DNA of 63,306 nt, filler included, from Choristocarpus tenellus KU-1152 (Eukaryota; Protista; Phaeophyceae), in the NCBI GenBank assembly GCA_964200185.2. It is 10 parts of 10 records of this genome, joined end to end, with 100 filler letters (N's around TTAATTAATTAA, not from the genome) between each part and the next. Parts side by side here need not be neighbours in the genome. Positions count along the whole stretch, not along the records: positions 8,976 to 21,460 come from CAXNAD020001818.1; positions 21,561 to 29,157 come from CAXNAD020005903.1; 8 more parts are not named here. The stretch is one strand, 5' to 3'. Shown here piece by piece: positions 13,807 to 26,599 of this stretch (position 1 is the first letter of the stretch; each line of letters opens with the position of its first letter). The notes under the pieces were generated by a model. That model made no database searches. It saw only the letters and a program-made list of their open reading frames with translations, and had not been told where the DNA came from. The position numbers were made by a program, and so were the translations under genes.

Positions 13807-14865
13807 GCTTGTCGACAATTTTTGTTTTGTTTTCTCACCACTCTCATTCCTGGCAAGATGAAAAACTATGTCTCTATTTTTTTTTCTCCGCTCAGGTTAT
13901 TTCACCATATAGCCCCTCATCTACTTCACATACAGTGCCTCAACTACTCACGCAATCGCCTACGAATCTCAAGAGATCAACAGCATCCTAACCTGTACCA
14001 CTTACAACTCACTCCTCCTCCTCCCCCCCCCAACCCCCTCTCCCCTCAAATTTCCTTTACTGTAATTTAAAAAAAAAATCCTCCCTGATAGATGTGTTCA
14101 GGGTTGTGGTTTAAAACCATTGGCGGGACACGACTATCATGACAAAAAAAAAGGGTTAAATTTTGAATTTTAAAGCATTTACCGTCACCAACACTCCTTC
14201 ATACTTTTACACCATCCCGCCGATCCCCGCATATTTTAGTGTGTGGAAATATCCAATTTCCCCCCCCCAAAAAAATAAATAAATATATATATATATATTA
14301 TATGTATGTATGTATACATATCTGTGGCTTGCTTCGTTCCAGGGCCCTGCTGACCTTGGCAATCCTTTTGGACACTTGTTGAAGAAGAAAAGCGGTGCTG
14401 GGCATGTAATCCCCCACCCTAGTATTGTAGAAATAGCGTGCCAGTAGCTCTACTTCTGATTGTGGTCTGCCTATCACGTTGTCCCCACTGTGCATCTGTT
14501 CTACACTCACCATATTACCTGTCTCTGAGAAGGTAGCCGAGGCTGAGGCCAAGCTGACAGAGAGCCTGAGCCATGTTCAAGGTCTCGTTCCCCTGAGGGA
14601 GGCTCTCCGCGTGCCTGACATCATCCACTCCACAATAATGCGGTTTTCGTCCGAACCCCTTAACCCAGCAAGGCTTGCCTCTGACCTTGATGACTTGGGG
14701 GAGAAATGGAGGAGAATGGTTTGCGGAGAGGAGGAAGGGAGAGGGGTTCCAGTGACGATTCGGGTGACCTCTTTGAGCCTTGTGCATGAGCGTCATCCCT
14801 ATATGCACATTGGTCTGGGGGAAGGAGAAGCAAGGCGTTTTTTGCTGGATAATGCGGCTGCATAA
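11559..14865 (+). CDS. 2H phosphoesterase superfamily protein (cyclic phosphodiesterase/LigT-like), 4 exons, ~274 aa
   Basis: Exons 11559-11809, 12150-12273, 12713-12829, 14533-14865, all GT-AG with consistent phases and an open frame to TAA. Two HxT motifs: YPPQHLHCTVATL and PDIIHSTIMRF. Confidence 0.75.
13768..13806. repeat. (TAT)n microsatellite in intron 3 of the 2H gene
   Basis: Directly visible TTA/TAT run. Confidence 0.9.
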
Positions 14866-16845
14866 CTTGACTTGATCCTGGCAGGATAGGATGGAAGCCC
14901 ATCACTCGACTTGTGGCCTTGGAGAGGGGTGAAAGAGAGGGGAGGGCCATATACTAGTAGGCAGAAGTTTGTTATAGATCCTCTGTTCGGGAGTGTTTTG
15001 ATTGGTGATTAAAAGATTAAAGATTATGTGTGTACAAGAGTCTACATCGACTGGTTCAAGAAGAAATAAAAAGAAAAAGACATTCAGATTTGTTTGAAAT
15101 CAATTTTGTTATGCAAAGATGCTGCTAAGTCAAGTTGTGGAGTTGGGGACCTGATCCCCATGTAGGTAACCACGAGTTGTATTCCAAAGTGAGGGGAGGT
15201 TGCGTGTACAATCATCCAAAATAAATTGTGCTGTTGTCAAGAGTCTTTTGAGACATCTTGCGGCTGTGGTTCTCTCTGTGTAATGACTTTCCCATCCCCC
15301 ACTTTTTTCCTTTTGAGTCCATTTTTGTCATCAAAAAGAGCTATACTCTCCATTTTCATCTCGAGAAATTCCACCTTGCACACATTTTTAAGGGGGGGGT
15401 ATTGCAGGTCTTTGGTAAGTGCAATTGTGGGCATAGTGTGCCACTCTATTGTAGCCTATCCCATGATAAATATTCTTTCTAGTAGGGTAACATTTGAAGG
15501 ACTAAACTCTTCCCATTTAGTTTTTTACACTCACACCATGGAGCATCACTAAAAAGGTGATAGTACTGTGAGTGAAGCTGACTTCTTGCTTTTCCACACC
15601 CATTAACAAGTAAGCTGCACACTTCTTTTGTCCGCTGGATTCCATTGGTCAGAATAGTGAAGTGCCACTTGGAATGGGGGTCAGGGTTGGTGTTGACTCC
15701 GCATGCCCTCACATTGGGGGGAAAAACCCTAACGGAGTCAATGTGAATTTGAAGAACAAAACATGTTCAAGTATGTGAGAGATCCTCCTGACATTGAGTG
15801 GGTTGCATCCACATCTTTTCAGTAGAAGGTGTGGATTCAGAGGTGCGCAAGCTGTTTGCACCATGCTTACTGCTGAACGACTATCCAGTGCAGGACAATG
15901 TCTTGAGGTGCTGTGAACAGAAATCCAGAGGCCCTCAATATTATTTCCACTGTGAAGAATTCTCTTTAAGAAGAGCATGGTTGACTAGACTGTAAAATCA
16001 ACAGGGCAATACTGAACTTGCATCATTTTTTTATTTTATAAAACATACCTCATTATGTTTTGCTTTGTGTGTGATGCACACATGGACACAGGATGCAATT
16101 GGCTACCCTCAGCACACTGGCATCACTATGCCCAAGTCAACAAAGAAACATAACAAGTGCACCTTTCTCAAGACACCAAAAAGGTATTAAGAGACATTGA
16201 TCCACAAAAATAAATAGATCAGGGTGGTATCAAAATAATACCACTGCAGCTTCGAAAAAACAACCCATAATAAAACAGCACGCAAAAAAGTAACCGACTT
16301 GTTCTCCCTCTCCCTCACACTCACTGCTAATGATCACACTCATCCCATTGTCTCCACACTAACAATTATGCTGCCTAATTTATCTGAACCTAATGCTACA
16401 CACAAGTGCCTGCCACATCGAACAAGTAGGAAAGAACATAATAAAGATGATTGTGAATAGGCACCTCTCAAAAAGAAGATGCCATCTCATTCCTCCTGAA
16501 GACACCACCATGAAAGCTAAGATCAAAGGTTCACCTGGTATGACAGTATATTGCCTCGCATTTTTTCGTTTGTTGGTCGGGGTTGAAAACCTCACGATCG
16601 GCACAAGCTCTCACTTGTACATAATCCTTTCCAAAGATCCCATGTGAAGTTCACAAAAGGCGTCACAAATACGTCGAAGGAAAACGTGCCAAACAAACCA
16701 GAATCAACAACCATTACAAAAATTGCAACTCTGGCATTTTGCTACTCCTGTTAACCATGGGTCCGCACACGCACACGGTCTTCTCGTATCCTCCACATGC
16801 CTCAACTCTTGCATCATCAGGAAGATAAATATTACAAAAGGGGGC

Positions 16846-17103
16846 TTAAGCCACAAGGAAGAAGGAGCGCGAATCGCGGTTGCGAGATTTGTCATAAGCG
16901 CTGCGAACACCGAAACCGCATGCCACGAAAAGAGCAGCGAATGCGAAGCAAGAGATGGTCATGACAAAGTACCCCTCCTTGAACGGGTCACGGTCTTCAT
17001 AACGGATAGTTCCTTTTCCACTCTCAAGTTCGAAGTCCGCTGCAACAGCCACCTGCAGAACTAGGGCCACCACCACCAAAAATATAGATTGGAGCGACAT
17101 CAT
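16846..17103 (-). CDS. Small single-exon membrane protein (signal peptide + one TM helix), ~85 aa, unknown function
   Basis: MMSLQSIFLVVVALVLQVAVA-ADFELESG...YFVMTISCFAFAALFVACGFGV-RSAYDKSRNR: signal peptide ending AVA-A, one TM helix and a basic post-TM tail. An upstream in-frame ATG at 17229 is also possible. Confidence 0.55.
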   Translation of the reverse strand: MMSLQSIFLVVVALVLQVAVAADFELESGKGTIRYEDRDPFKEGYFVMTISCFAFAALFVACGFGVRSAYDKSRNRDSRSFFLVA

Positions 17104-17701
17104 TACGATGACCTGCGGAAGTTGGATGGGCAGACAGGAAGCAATGGGTCGGGAGGTGTTTAGAAGAGCAAAAATAACGCCACACGTTGTGAAGTCCACG
17201 ACTGTTTTAATCAGGCTTTCACTTGACATTTAACATCCCTTCAGAAACAAGTTTCTTTTTGTGATGAGTACGACACACCATGCGGCTAAAACATGTGTGT
17301 CTGAGAAACACTTCTCAAATTGCAGACATTTCGCTTCCCAAACCAAACGTCTTTCACAGAACTTACCTAGGAGACAAGTACTCTCGAGTCAAACTTAACC
17401 GATATGCTTATATTCAAGGAGATTCTTTCGGACTCACCAGGGACACTGCACAAATGCTTTTCTTTTCTTCGATTCTTGACTCACTTTAGGTTTCACTGGG
17501 GTGTTGTGAGTTGAGAGTAGAGATGAAGGGAGGGAGGGCTTCCATCTTATTTTTATTTTTGGAAGCCGTTTCACTTCTTTTCCTTTGTTTGATAATCCAC
17601 AAAACAAAGAGTACAATCGTTTCTTGTTAGAGATTGTAGTGAGGGTCCAAGATGTGTAGTTGAGGAGAGACCGATTGGTTGGGTGGGTTGCTTACCAGGA
17701 G

Positions 17702-19545
17702 ATGGAAGGGGATCCATCATATTTTCCTATCCTGGGTGGGGGTGATGGGTTCTTTGATGAGAAGGAGGGAGTGCAAGGTTTGGGGAGAAAAGAGTTGATT
17801 GAAGGAAGTATTACTTTCTCAACACGAGGCACTACTGATGTCGATGAGGTTGAAGAGAATCCGTTTGACCCTTTGTGGTCAGTCCCCAGCGCTGGAAATG
17901 ATTCAGATGTTGGTGGCCGAGGTCACATGATCAACCCCTTCGACAGCCCTCAACCGTTTGAAGCTGCAACCGTCTCCAACTTCGATGTCCTGAACAATCC
18001 TGGAGAGTTGCCCTCCCTTGTTAATGGAGTCTCAGAGAATCGACTCCAATTGATAACAGCGTACGGGTTTGAAAAAAAACTACCGCGTGGGGTCTCTAGA
18101 GTGCAAACGCGGGGTCGAAATGAGAATGAAGATCTAAGGGCCGAAGTCGAAACTGAGACTGAAGGCGAAACTGAGACAGAAGGGGAAGATTCGGAGTGCG
18201 AGGACGGAATAGATCGCTCTGGAGGGGGGTGCAGAGACTGGACAGCATCGTTGGAAGACCAGCTGAGGAAGGCGAAGATTGGATTGCCAGATGTGAACGC
18301 AACAAGGGTGTTGCTCCGGAGGGCTGGATCTGTGCCCAAGTCGAGTCGAAAAGACGTTTGGCGCCTTCTCTTACTAGGTAACCTGGGACCTGGCGGGGCA
18401 AGTGGAGATGCAAGCGCGAGAGGGGTAGGGAGTGCAGAGATAAGCTTGGTAGAGAGGCGTCGGTCTCAAGTTGAAGAGATGCTCGCGCTTGATGCTGCTA
18501 TCCTTTCGACTGAGCTGAATCTTGAGAATCAGCGTGTTGTACGTGTGGACGTTGAACGCACACGCCCAAACCTTGACCAGTTCAAGCATCCGAGGGTCAA
18601 GAACCTCCTGGCTCGGTTGCTTACTCATCATTGCAAGGTCAACGGTGTGGGTTACAAGCAGGTACGAGGTCTCACATTCAAGCCTATGTCCCCCTCACTC
18701 CCTGGAGCGAACACACCCCATCCCCTGTAACTCGTATCTCTCGTGCCGATACCGCTCCAGACCGAAGTTACAATCAGTACTATTGCTTGTGGAGTAACCC
18801 CCTGGCTCCTCCTGCCATAACCGTGCGAGGGCTAATAAGCCACAAATCCCAGCAAATTCACATGCTCCACTCAGCCCTACCCCAATACACACCCAATGAT
18901 TTTCGTTAGTCACTGGTCACGAGAAGATAGGCAATAGCTTGATGAACATTTTGAGCAGAAGGTGGAAAGTCTCGCACTTCTCCAAGGTCTTTTTTTAAAA
19001 CACCTTCTTACCAGTAATGAGATATGCCAATGAAAATAATTTGACTGGGGAAATGTAGATAGAAAGCAGGAACAGCCTGCCGTGGCAACCACTTTGGGTT
19101 CTCGAGCAATTAGGCGTTGTCCACGAGGTACGGACATGGTGCTTGATGCACTCATACATGAGCAGGTGCATGGAACCAGTAATCTCCAAGCGGTAACTTT
19201 ACCCAAAATACATGACTACTGGATAGATCTGGTTTATAGCTTGCCTGTCGATATACCTGCTTCCACCCTTTCCCTCTCTCCACTGTCCTACACTCACCCT
19301 CACGGTGGCCCTCCTGCCCTACCCACTGACCGTCTCTCAACCAGGGTATGCACGAGGTGTTGGCGCCTTTTGTGGCCCTGTCTGATCCAGAGCCCCCGAC
19401 CTCTGATATATTCATGTGCTACGGTGCGTTTATTGAGCAATTTCTGCCGTACGCGTTCAACAAAGACGAGGAGTTCCTATCATTGCAGGTGGCGGGAATG
19501 GTGGCGAGGTCTCATTGTCTTAGAGGGCTGGAGAGGGATGTTGTT

Positions 19546-19578
<33 letters not shown>

Positions 19579-20342
19579 AAAGACCGGTGTGTCCTTATCG
19601 AGTCTTTTGTTTTAACAGGGTCAGGGGTTCATCTTATAGATAACACAGCCAAAACATTGCGGCTTCTGTTATGTGGTGACCCTCGGGTAGGTAGGGGCGT
19701 GAACTTCAGTTGAATGCATCAGCGGTGGATCAGGGGCTTGCGTGGTGAGGGGCTCCCCCCTCTCCTACGCGGAGGCACACACTGTGCCCATCCCCACTAC
19801 CCATCCAATCTCTTCTGCAGTAGGTAGTCTACAACACCCTTTACAGTTGGGCTGTCCAATCCCCTCTCCCAACCACAGAGCAATCCCAACTTACAAAAAA
19901 AAATGCTTTGTGTCTTCCGTCCCTTTACAGCCTGCGCAGAGTTGACATAAAAAAAGTGGGTGCACCCTCTCACTGCATGCACACCCATCCCTCTCCTGTT
20001 GCCCCCAGCCGTACTGAGGGTTTCTTTGCTTGAGTCCTGCATTGAAGCACTAGTAGTATGGTTTAATACGAGGTAAGGTATCTCGCAAGCATATTTTGAA
20101 AATCGCCAAATATCCCCTTCATTACCACTTCATTAAACTTCCCCACCCCCCCCCCCCCCTTTGCTTGTGTAAATCATAATTTTTTTCAGATATGCTTTCG
20201 GCTCTTCCGGCTACTGCTCTTGTACCACCATCCACGGTTGTGTCGATTCCTCGACCAGTATCAGCTGCAGCCAGAACTCTATGCAACCCCTTGGTTTCTC
20301 ACCCTTTTTGCCAGTAGCCTCGACCTACCTCGACTGTTTGAG
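17702..20342 (+). CDS. Rab-GAP TBC-domain protein (TBC1D23-like), first three exons; truncated by contig break
   Basis: Exons 17702-18661, 19345-19488, 20190-20342 (phase-0 GT-AG). Motifs RKDVWRLLL, VRVDVERT (R finger), YKQGMHEVLAP (Q finger), FRLLLLYHHPRLCRFL, PELYATPWFLTLFA. Confidence 0.9.
19547..19577 (+). repeat. Interstitial telomere-like (TTAGGG)n repeat in an intron; a second at 20357-20377
   Basis: TTAGGGTTAGGGTTTAGGGTTAGGGTTAGGG seen directly. Confidence 0.85.
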
Positions 20343-22719
20343 GTGTGTTCTTCAACTTAGGGTTAGGGGTTAGGGTTGAGAATGCACAGGTTCAGGATTT
20401 GGGGGAGGGGGGGGGGTCTGTTTCCCACAGGTTTTTTCGCCCATGATTAGATGGGATGCATAGCCAAGGGCAATTCTAGCAGAAAGCATGTTTTCACTTT
20501 TTGGTTGACAGTATTGAACTTCCTTGAGACATGTCGATGAGGGCTACTCTTTGCTTGACAGTTCTACAACCACGGGTGTACTTCCACTTGCATACCTCGC
20601 TGCACGCACGCATATTTCATCACATACATACATACATATATATACATAAATGTGTAGAGTGTGTGACAGCTAGGTACCCCACCACTACATACACATATCT
20701 ACTGGCACTGGAATCCCTCCTCCCTCCCCCCCCGGTGCATACATACTTCAGTTGTATTCTTACTTTCTTGCCTATTTTTACCCCATTTTTTTCTTCTGAA
20801 ACAACTTCTTTGTCACACAAATACATATACTCGTGTTTGCCGTAGGCAGGCACCTTTTTGGTCTCCAACCCCCATGTCATTTGCCTACTCTCTGCCCCCT
20901 GGTCAGGGTTTTGTTACCTCCTCCAGTTCATGCAACCAATCAGAATGAACAATTAGAATGACCAAACAGAACGTCCAATCAGAATGTACCTTTTGCCCCT
21001 GAAACGCCTTCCTCTCCAAAATATGCTGCGGTCAGATATGGGATTTCTACCTTTGCTGGGGTGACCCTGCCCTTCACCACTTTGTTGTCCTGGCTTTTGT
21101 CATTGGGAATGCAGATATCATCCTCCAGGTGTGGTGGATAGAGGAGTATCGGGGAGGGAAAGGGGGGGTGGAGAGGGGCTCTGTTTTTGCGATATGAAAC
21201 CATGTGAGAGTGAGTGGTTGTGTAGATAACAATGAAGCCGTCGGCAATGATACTCTGCCCCCAACCTTTTGAGTACGATATTCATTACAAATTTGTTCTG
21301 AATGATATTCATTCATTACTTCTCTTTTGTTCGGCATCCGTTCAAATTGGACATATTTTTTTTTCCTACCCCCCACCCCCCCCCCCCCCCCACCCCCACC
21401 CCCACCCCCCTTTTTTTATAGGAGACACGCCGCAGTCCCCTGACCCCATCCTCCCCTCTTNNNNNNNNNNNNNNNNNNNNNNNNNNNNNNNNNNNNNNNN
21501 NNNNTTAATTAATTAANNNNNNNNNNNNNNNNNNNNNNNNNNNNNNNNNNNNNNNNNNNNCACACTTCAACCCCACCCAACCCACACAAGTTACGACTCC
21601 CCTCAACCCCACACCAGCTACCACTCCCCCACACCACTCTAGACCACCCCACAATCATCCAAGAACACCCCTTCATCATCCACTTCATACTGTGCCTTTG
21701 AACTGGAAGACATCTACCCCGCCAAACTTGACCTCCCCTCCCTTTACCCAGCATCCCAATCGGTCATGAGCAAGCGACAGGGTGGGTGGGCGGAAAAGGT
21801 TGCTCGGAAGTTGTCTTGTTCTAGCCCCTCCTCGTCTTGTACCACCAGCCCTCGGTTTTCTTCACATACTGACCATTCCTTCCTACCTTGTGCCTCCACC
21901 TACCAACCATTTCTTTAACTTCCCTCCTGCCTCTATTGCCCCCTAATCACTCAGTATTAAAACTCTTCATTCACCCTTCCCTTTTTCCTTTCTCAGCTCT
22001 CCCTCCCCTATACCACATTACCACCAGAATTCTTCTGCCCACAAAACTCAGATTTCTTCGCAAACATTCCCTTGAAGTGATCGTGAAAATATAATAACAC
22101 GGCCATGATGGCAACATAAAAAACAGTAATACAACAAGACCTTTAACATGATAGACCTAAGACTCTAGCAATGTTTGTTCACCATTATCCCACAATAGTT
22201 CTTCGTCTCTCTTACAAACATTATACAATGAAGCGGCTCAGTACTATAAAAATAATAAATCAGCAATCATTGGTGACATTAAATGGTGCATTATCCTGAC
22301 GAGTTCAAGCATGGAGAGTGGAGCATGACCACATCCACCTCTCTTATCATATACCGACAAAATCGAGCTTAGCATCATGATTTGGTTTATTCGCAGGTGC
22401 GCGACCGTTGTCCTTCCCCTGCTGGGCTCCACTCTTTTAGAGCAGGGAAAAAATGGCCCAGGTGTTGGAGCGACCTATGTCTCTAGAGTCTCCTCGTGTG
22501 AATTTCGACCTCGGTCGGTGAGAAGGAATTTGTCTACAGAGGTCAATGTACTAGACAATTTATTGAGTCTCAAAGTACCTACTCTACGAGAACAAGCCCC
22601 AACTGGCAAAAAGTGAGACTGAATCAGTTCTGCTGTTCTTTTCAATCACCTCCCTCGCTCCCTCTTCTTCCCCTTCACGGAACACCACTTCATCGAAGTA
22701 TATGTTCCTTTCTACGCGA

Positions 22720-24500
22720 GATCCACATGCTGCGTGGAGAGATGGAGCACAAGGAATTATCTTTGATCTCCCAGGCTATTCTCCACTCGCTCGTACTCAT
22801 CCCTAGGGGGAATGATTTGGTTGGTACTTACTTTCTCCCATTCAATGGGAGACCCGAGTTCATGGAGGTGGACTACCAGCAAGTCTCGTCTACACCAAAT
22901 ACTCTTTAAGACCTGGCCACCTTCCCCTTCAGAGACAACGACCTCGTTGAGGTTGACTTCGTCCCATTTTTTGCCAGGCCGATTTGCACCAACATGGACA
23001 TGGGGTACATCAGTGTTTTGTTCATGGCGAAGGGTGTTCCGGCCACCTTCGTGGCAGGTCTGGATCAAAATGCCTGGAACTCGTCCACACAGGGACCGAC
23101 CTAACTTCTACTAAAGGCATTGCATATAAGGACAATGACCGCATGGTTATTGAACGACCTATTATCTGTCGTCTCTCGCGTGCAAATACTCACGGGTTTG
23201 AAGTGCTATCTTCTTCACATATGGAAAACCCTCGCTGGGCATGGAGTACTGTGATCGACGGCTAACGTGGTCGCACCTAGGTATGTTCCTGAAGGTGTCG
23301 AATGTGGTTGTAGTGGTCATAGGATTTGTCTTCAAGAGATTGAGGCGATCCAAGAAAGAGCAACCTCACAGTGAAATTATTGATGAGGTGAACCCCTAGT
23401 AAAAGACACATTTCCTGCGTTCATGGGTCCTATTCCTGTTCAATATTTGGTGTCAATGAGTCGTATCAAATTTAACGATTCATAATAACTGTTGATGCTA
23501 CAACTGACATTACAACTATTCATGTTAGTAAAGGCTATCTCCAGACCGCTAAATATCTGCAATATAAATAATACCACAAAATATAGGATTGTGCCCTGGG
23601 CGTGAAATGATCATAATCTTTTCCTACCTCTCAATGCAACCATGAGTAGGACCCTTGTAGAACAAGATCGGAGACCACAACCCATCTTATGCCATCTATT
23701 TTCTCCTCCTATGGTAGACCCTACCCCACCACACCCCTCTTTACTGCACCAATAATAATGTTTCCAACTGAAGGAGGAACTAAAAATTCCATATACATGC
23801 TAGGTACTAGGTCAATCGGATCGACATGTCTGGCATACTCTTTGTTCTTCTTCCATCTCCATTAAAAAATATCATGTGTGTAGAAGACAAAATACTGTTT
23901 AGCATGCATTCTCCTCTTCCTCATCACAGTTTTCCTCTACCCCTTCCAGCTGTCAGCCAAGTTTCCAGTTCTGGAGGCCAAAAATTCTAAAATCGAAGAC
24001 AAAATGAACAAACTGGAAGTGGATTATCATCGATTAGAATCTGCATACAACAACCTCCAAGAAAAGCTTAACATGAAGGTTGAAGGATTGGGTGCTTCTT
24101 CTTATATGCCTCTCAATGCCATTGGTGATGATGTGGAAGGTGCAAAGTCCTTACCTTCAATTGGTGAGGAGAAGAAGGGGTTGGAGGAGGAGAAGAAGAG
24201 GGAGGGTACAAGAGAGAAAGCAGAGGTGGTACCCACAGCAAGGACAACAAGATATCCCCACCCAATGGTGGGATTGGGGACGGTGTTGATGATGGAAGGG
24301 CTTCCATCATGATGTTCAACCTCAGTCACCTCGGACCAATCAATGAGGGGGAGGATGAAGATGGCAAGGAGGAGCATGGTGGAGAGAACGAGGAACCCGA
24401 AAAGGAGATGGGGATGGCAAGAGGAGCACGACCAAACATTGAGCACGAAGATGACCCCTTCCAGCATGTCCCAAGAGAGGCGCCTGACCAGGAGGTTTGA
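22720..24500 (+). pseudogene. Disrupted coding-like segments of unknown family
   Basis: Coding-like composition at 22720-23390 with in-frame stops. An acceptor-flanked (CCTTCCAG) coiled-coil/acidic segment at 23950-24500 is broken by a frameshift near 24309. Confidence 0.3.
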
Positions 24501-25379
24501 AAGAAGTGACTGGGAGGGTACGGGTTTTACATGTTTTGTCCTGTGTGTGGGCTCAATGCCAAGATTACTATATGATTAAAATAGATATTTCCTACACATT
24601 TTTTCGTACATGTTGAACAGACATCAACAGGCTCAGTTGTGTGCACATTTCAGATCAAACACTCAAAATTGTAGTTAGATGTGCATACATATGAGAATGC
24701 ATGTGAATAGAAATTGTGATGCCGAAGTTGTGAGGACGACTTCTCCACTTGCTTTTGGGTTCATAAAACAACAGATGCTGGATGATAGCAGAAGGAGAAA
24801 TATCCAATTTTAATCTTACTTTGTCAGTGATTGCTAGTTATTGGTGCAAGTTGACACTCTCAACTGTGTTTTATTGAAGTATTCAACATCAGTAATAAGT
24901 TTCAATTTTCGTATTTTATATCTACTGTTGATTTATTCAACAAAAGAACAAACAAAACACGAAAAAAGCGTAGAACACAAACGGGTCCCTTCTCCACCCT
25001 CTTCATTCACATACACATGGTATACTAAATACATATATAGATAGATATATAGATTTATTTGTGTATACGCCATGTGATACATTGAATTCAATTTGTTGAT
25101 AGACTCACGTTAGGGTGTTAGTAATAATGGAAATATTATTATCGCATACCTTGCATTGATGGTGTTACAAACTTATGGTTGGTTCATCCTGTTGGTGCGT
25201 GTTGATGTTGTTAGTCCTGGTGTGGATGTGTGGATTGGTGGAGTGGACAGCATAATACGTGAAGATGCGTATTGGTGTTTCCACATCTATAGGGAGGTGT
25301 TTGTAACGGCAGACATCAAGCAAAGTATCGTTCTTGTCAAGGGTTTGAGGGATTGAAAGGAAGGAAAAGTACCTTCTTA

Positions 25380-25770
25380 TGTGAAACAGGTGGAAACAGG
25401 CAAACAGATTCTTCAGAATGAAGGGGAGCGGGAAGACCTACAGGAGGAAGGGAATGGAGAGAGACAAGGCAGGAGGGTAAGCAATCCCTCACAAGGTTAC
25501 TGGAGGAAGGAGTGAGCAAGAAAAGAGTGAAAGAGGGGGGTTTGTAAGTTCCACTCAAACCACTTGGCGCTTACTCAAAGAAGCAGATGCTGATGTGATA
25601 TGAGACAACAGATGTCTAGGAGTATCTTCTCAAAGAAGGGCAATTTAAAGGTAATCCTTGATTGGAAGATGACTATCATTTCATTATTTTGATATTTGGT
25701 ATGATATCCTTTCAAGTTTTCGCGATATCGCGCGCTGCGTGCGTCGCGAGACATTACACCACCTTACTCT
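25380..25770 (+). repeat. LTR-like dispersed repeat (starts TG); inverted second copy ~46230-46694
   Basis: TGTGAAACAG(G/A)TGGAAACA...GAATGAAGGGGAGC(G/A)GGAAGACC...CAATCCCTCA shared between loci; their spurious ORFs are visibly homologous (RDC.PS...LPP.GLPAPLHSE.SV.LFP.VSH). Confidence 0.6.
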
Positions 25771-26599
25771 CTTACACATGATCTTTCTGAACGAAGGTTG
25801 ATTGTGATCAACGAACGGTTGACTGTTCACGCTTGATTGTAGGTTCCTGAAACGAGGTACAGCATCTAAGGTGGATATTACACGTTCACCGTGTTAAGGG
25901 CTACGAGTAGTGCTCACTCATGTCTCTATCCACTCCTACATCGGGTTCATCATAACAGCATATCGATGAATCCCGCTTAAGCTGACATGGATTTGGTGTA
26001 GTGAAAAGATGTGAGAATGCCTTTCATCGATCTGGTTCTGGAAGTATGGGCACAAACTCGGCTGAATGAAGCTCTTATGTAGAGATATGTTGAACAGCAT
26101 ACAAATGGGCAAGCACAGAGGTGAGCTACCACATAGGAATGAGGGAGAAGGTCGAACAAGACTGCTAGTTGCAACCATTCAGTGTATTGAAGGTCGAGCT
26201 AGCCTTCGTATCTAGTCCTTGTGTAGAAATTCTCATATATTATAAAGTAGGGTTTCACTGAGGTGGGAATCCCATTTTATCACCTATCCGAGCTGGACAG
26301 GACAGAGAGTACAAATATCAGGATCTCACTACAGCAAGAGAATTTTTCGGCACTGACCCAGGCAGCTCATCTGATCTCCGCGCTAACCCTATATATATAC
26401 ACACACGTGGAAGGGTCAGATACTATCGTTCACAACCTAGGTGAGCTTTCTAGACTCTCTCGTGAGGGTATAGATGAAGGAGACCCGCAAGAGAGGCAGG
26501 GGCAAGATCTGGGCGAAATCTGAGAGAGGGCGTATAGGAAAATAAACCACATTGGCAGGCACGGGGACTCCATAGGGAACATGAATACGTTTTCGTGCA

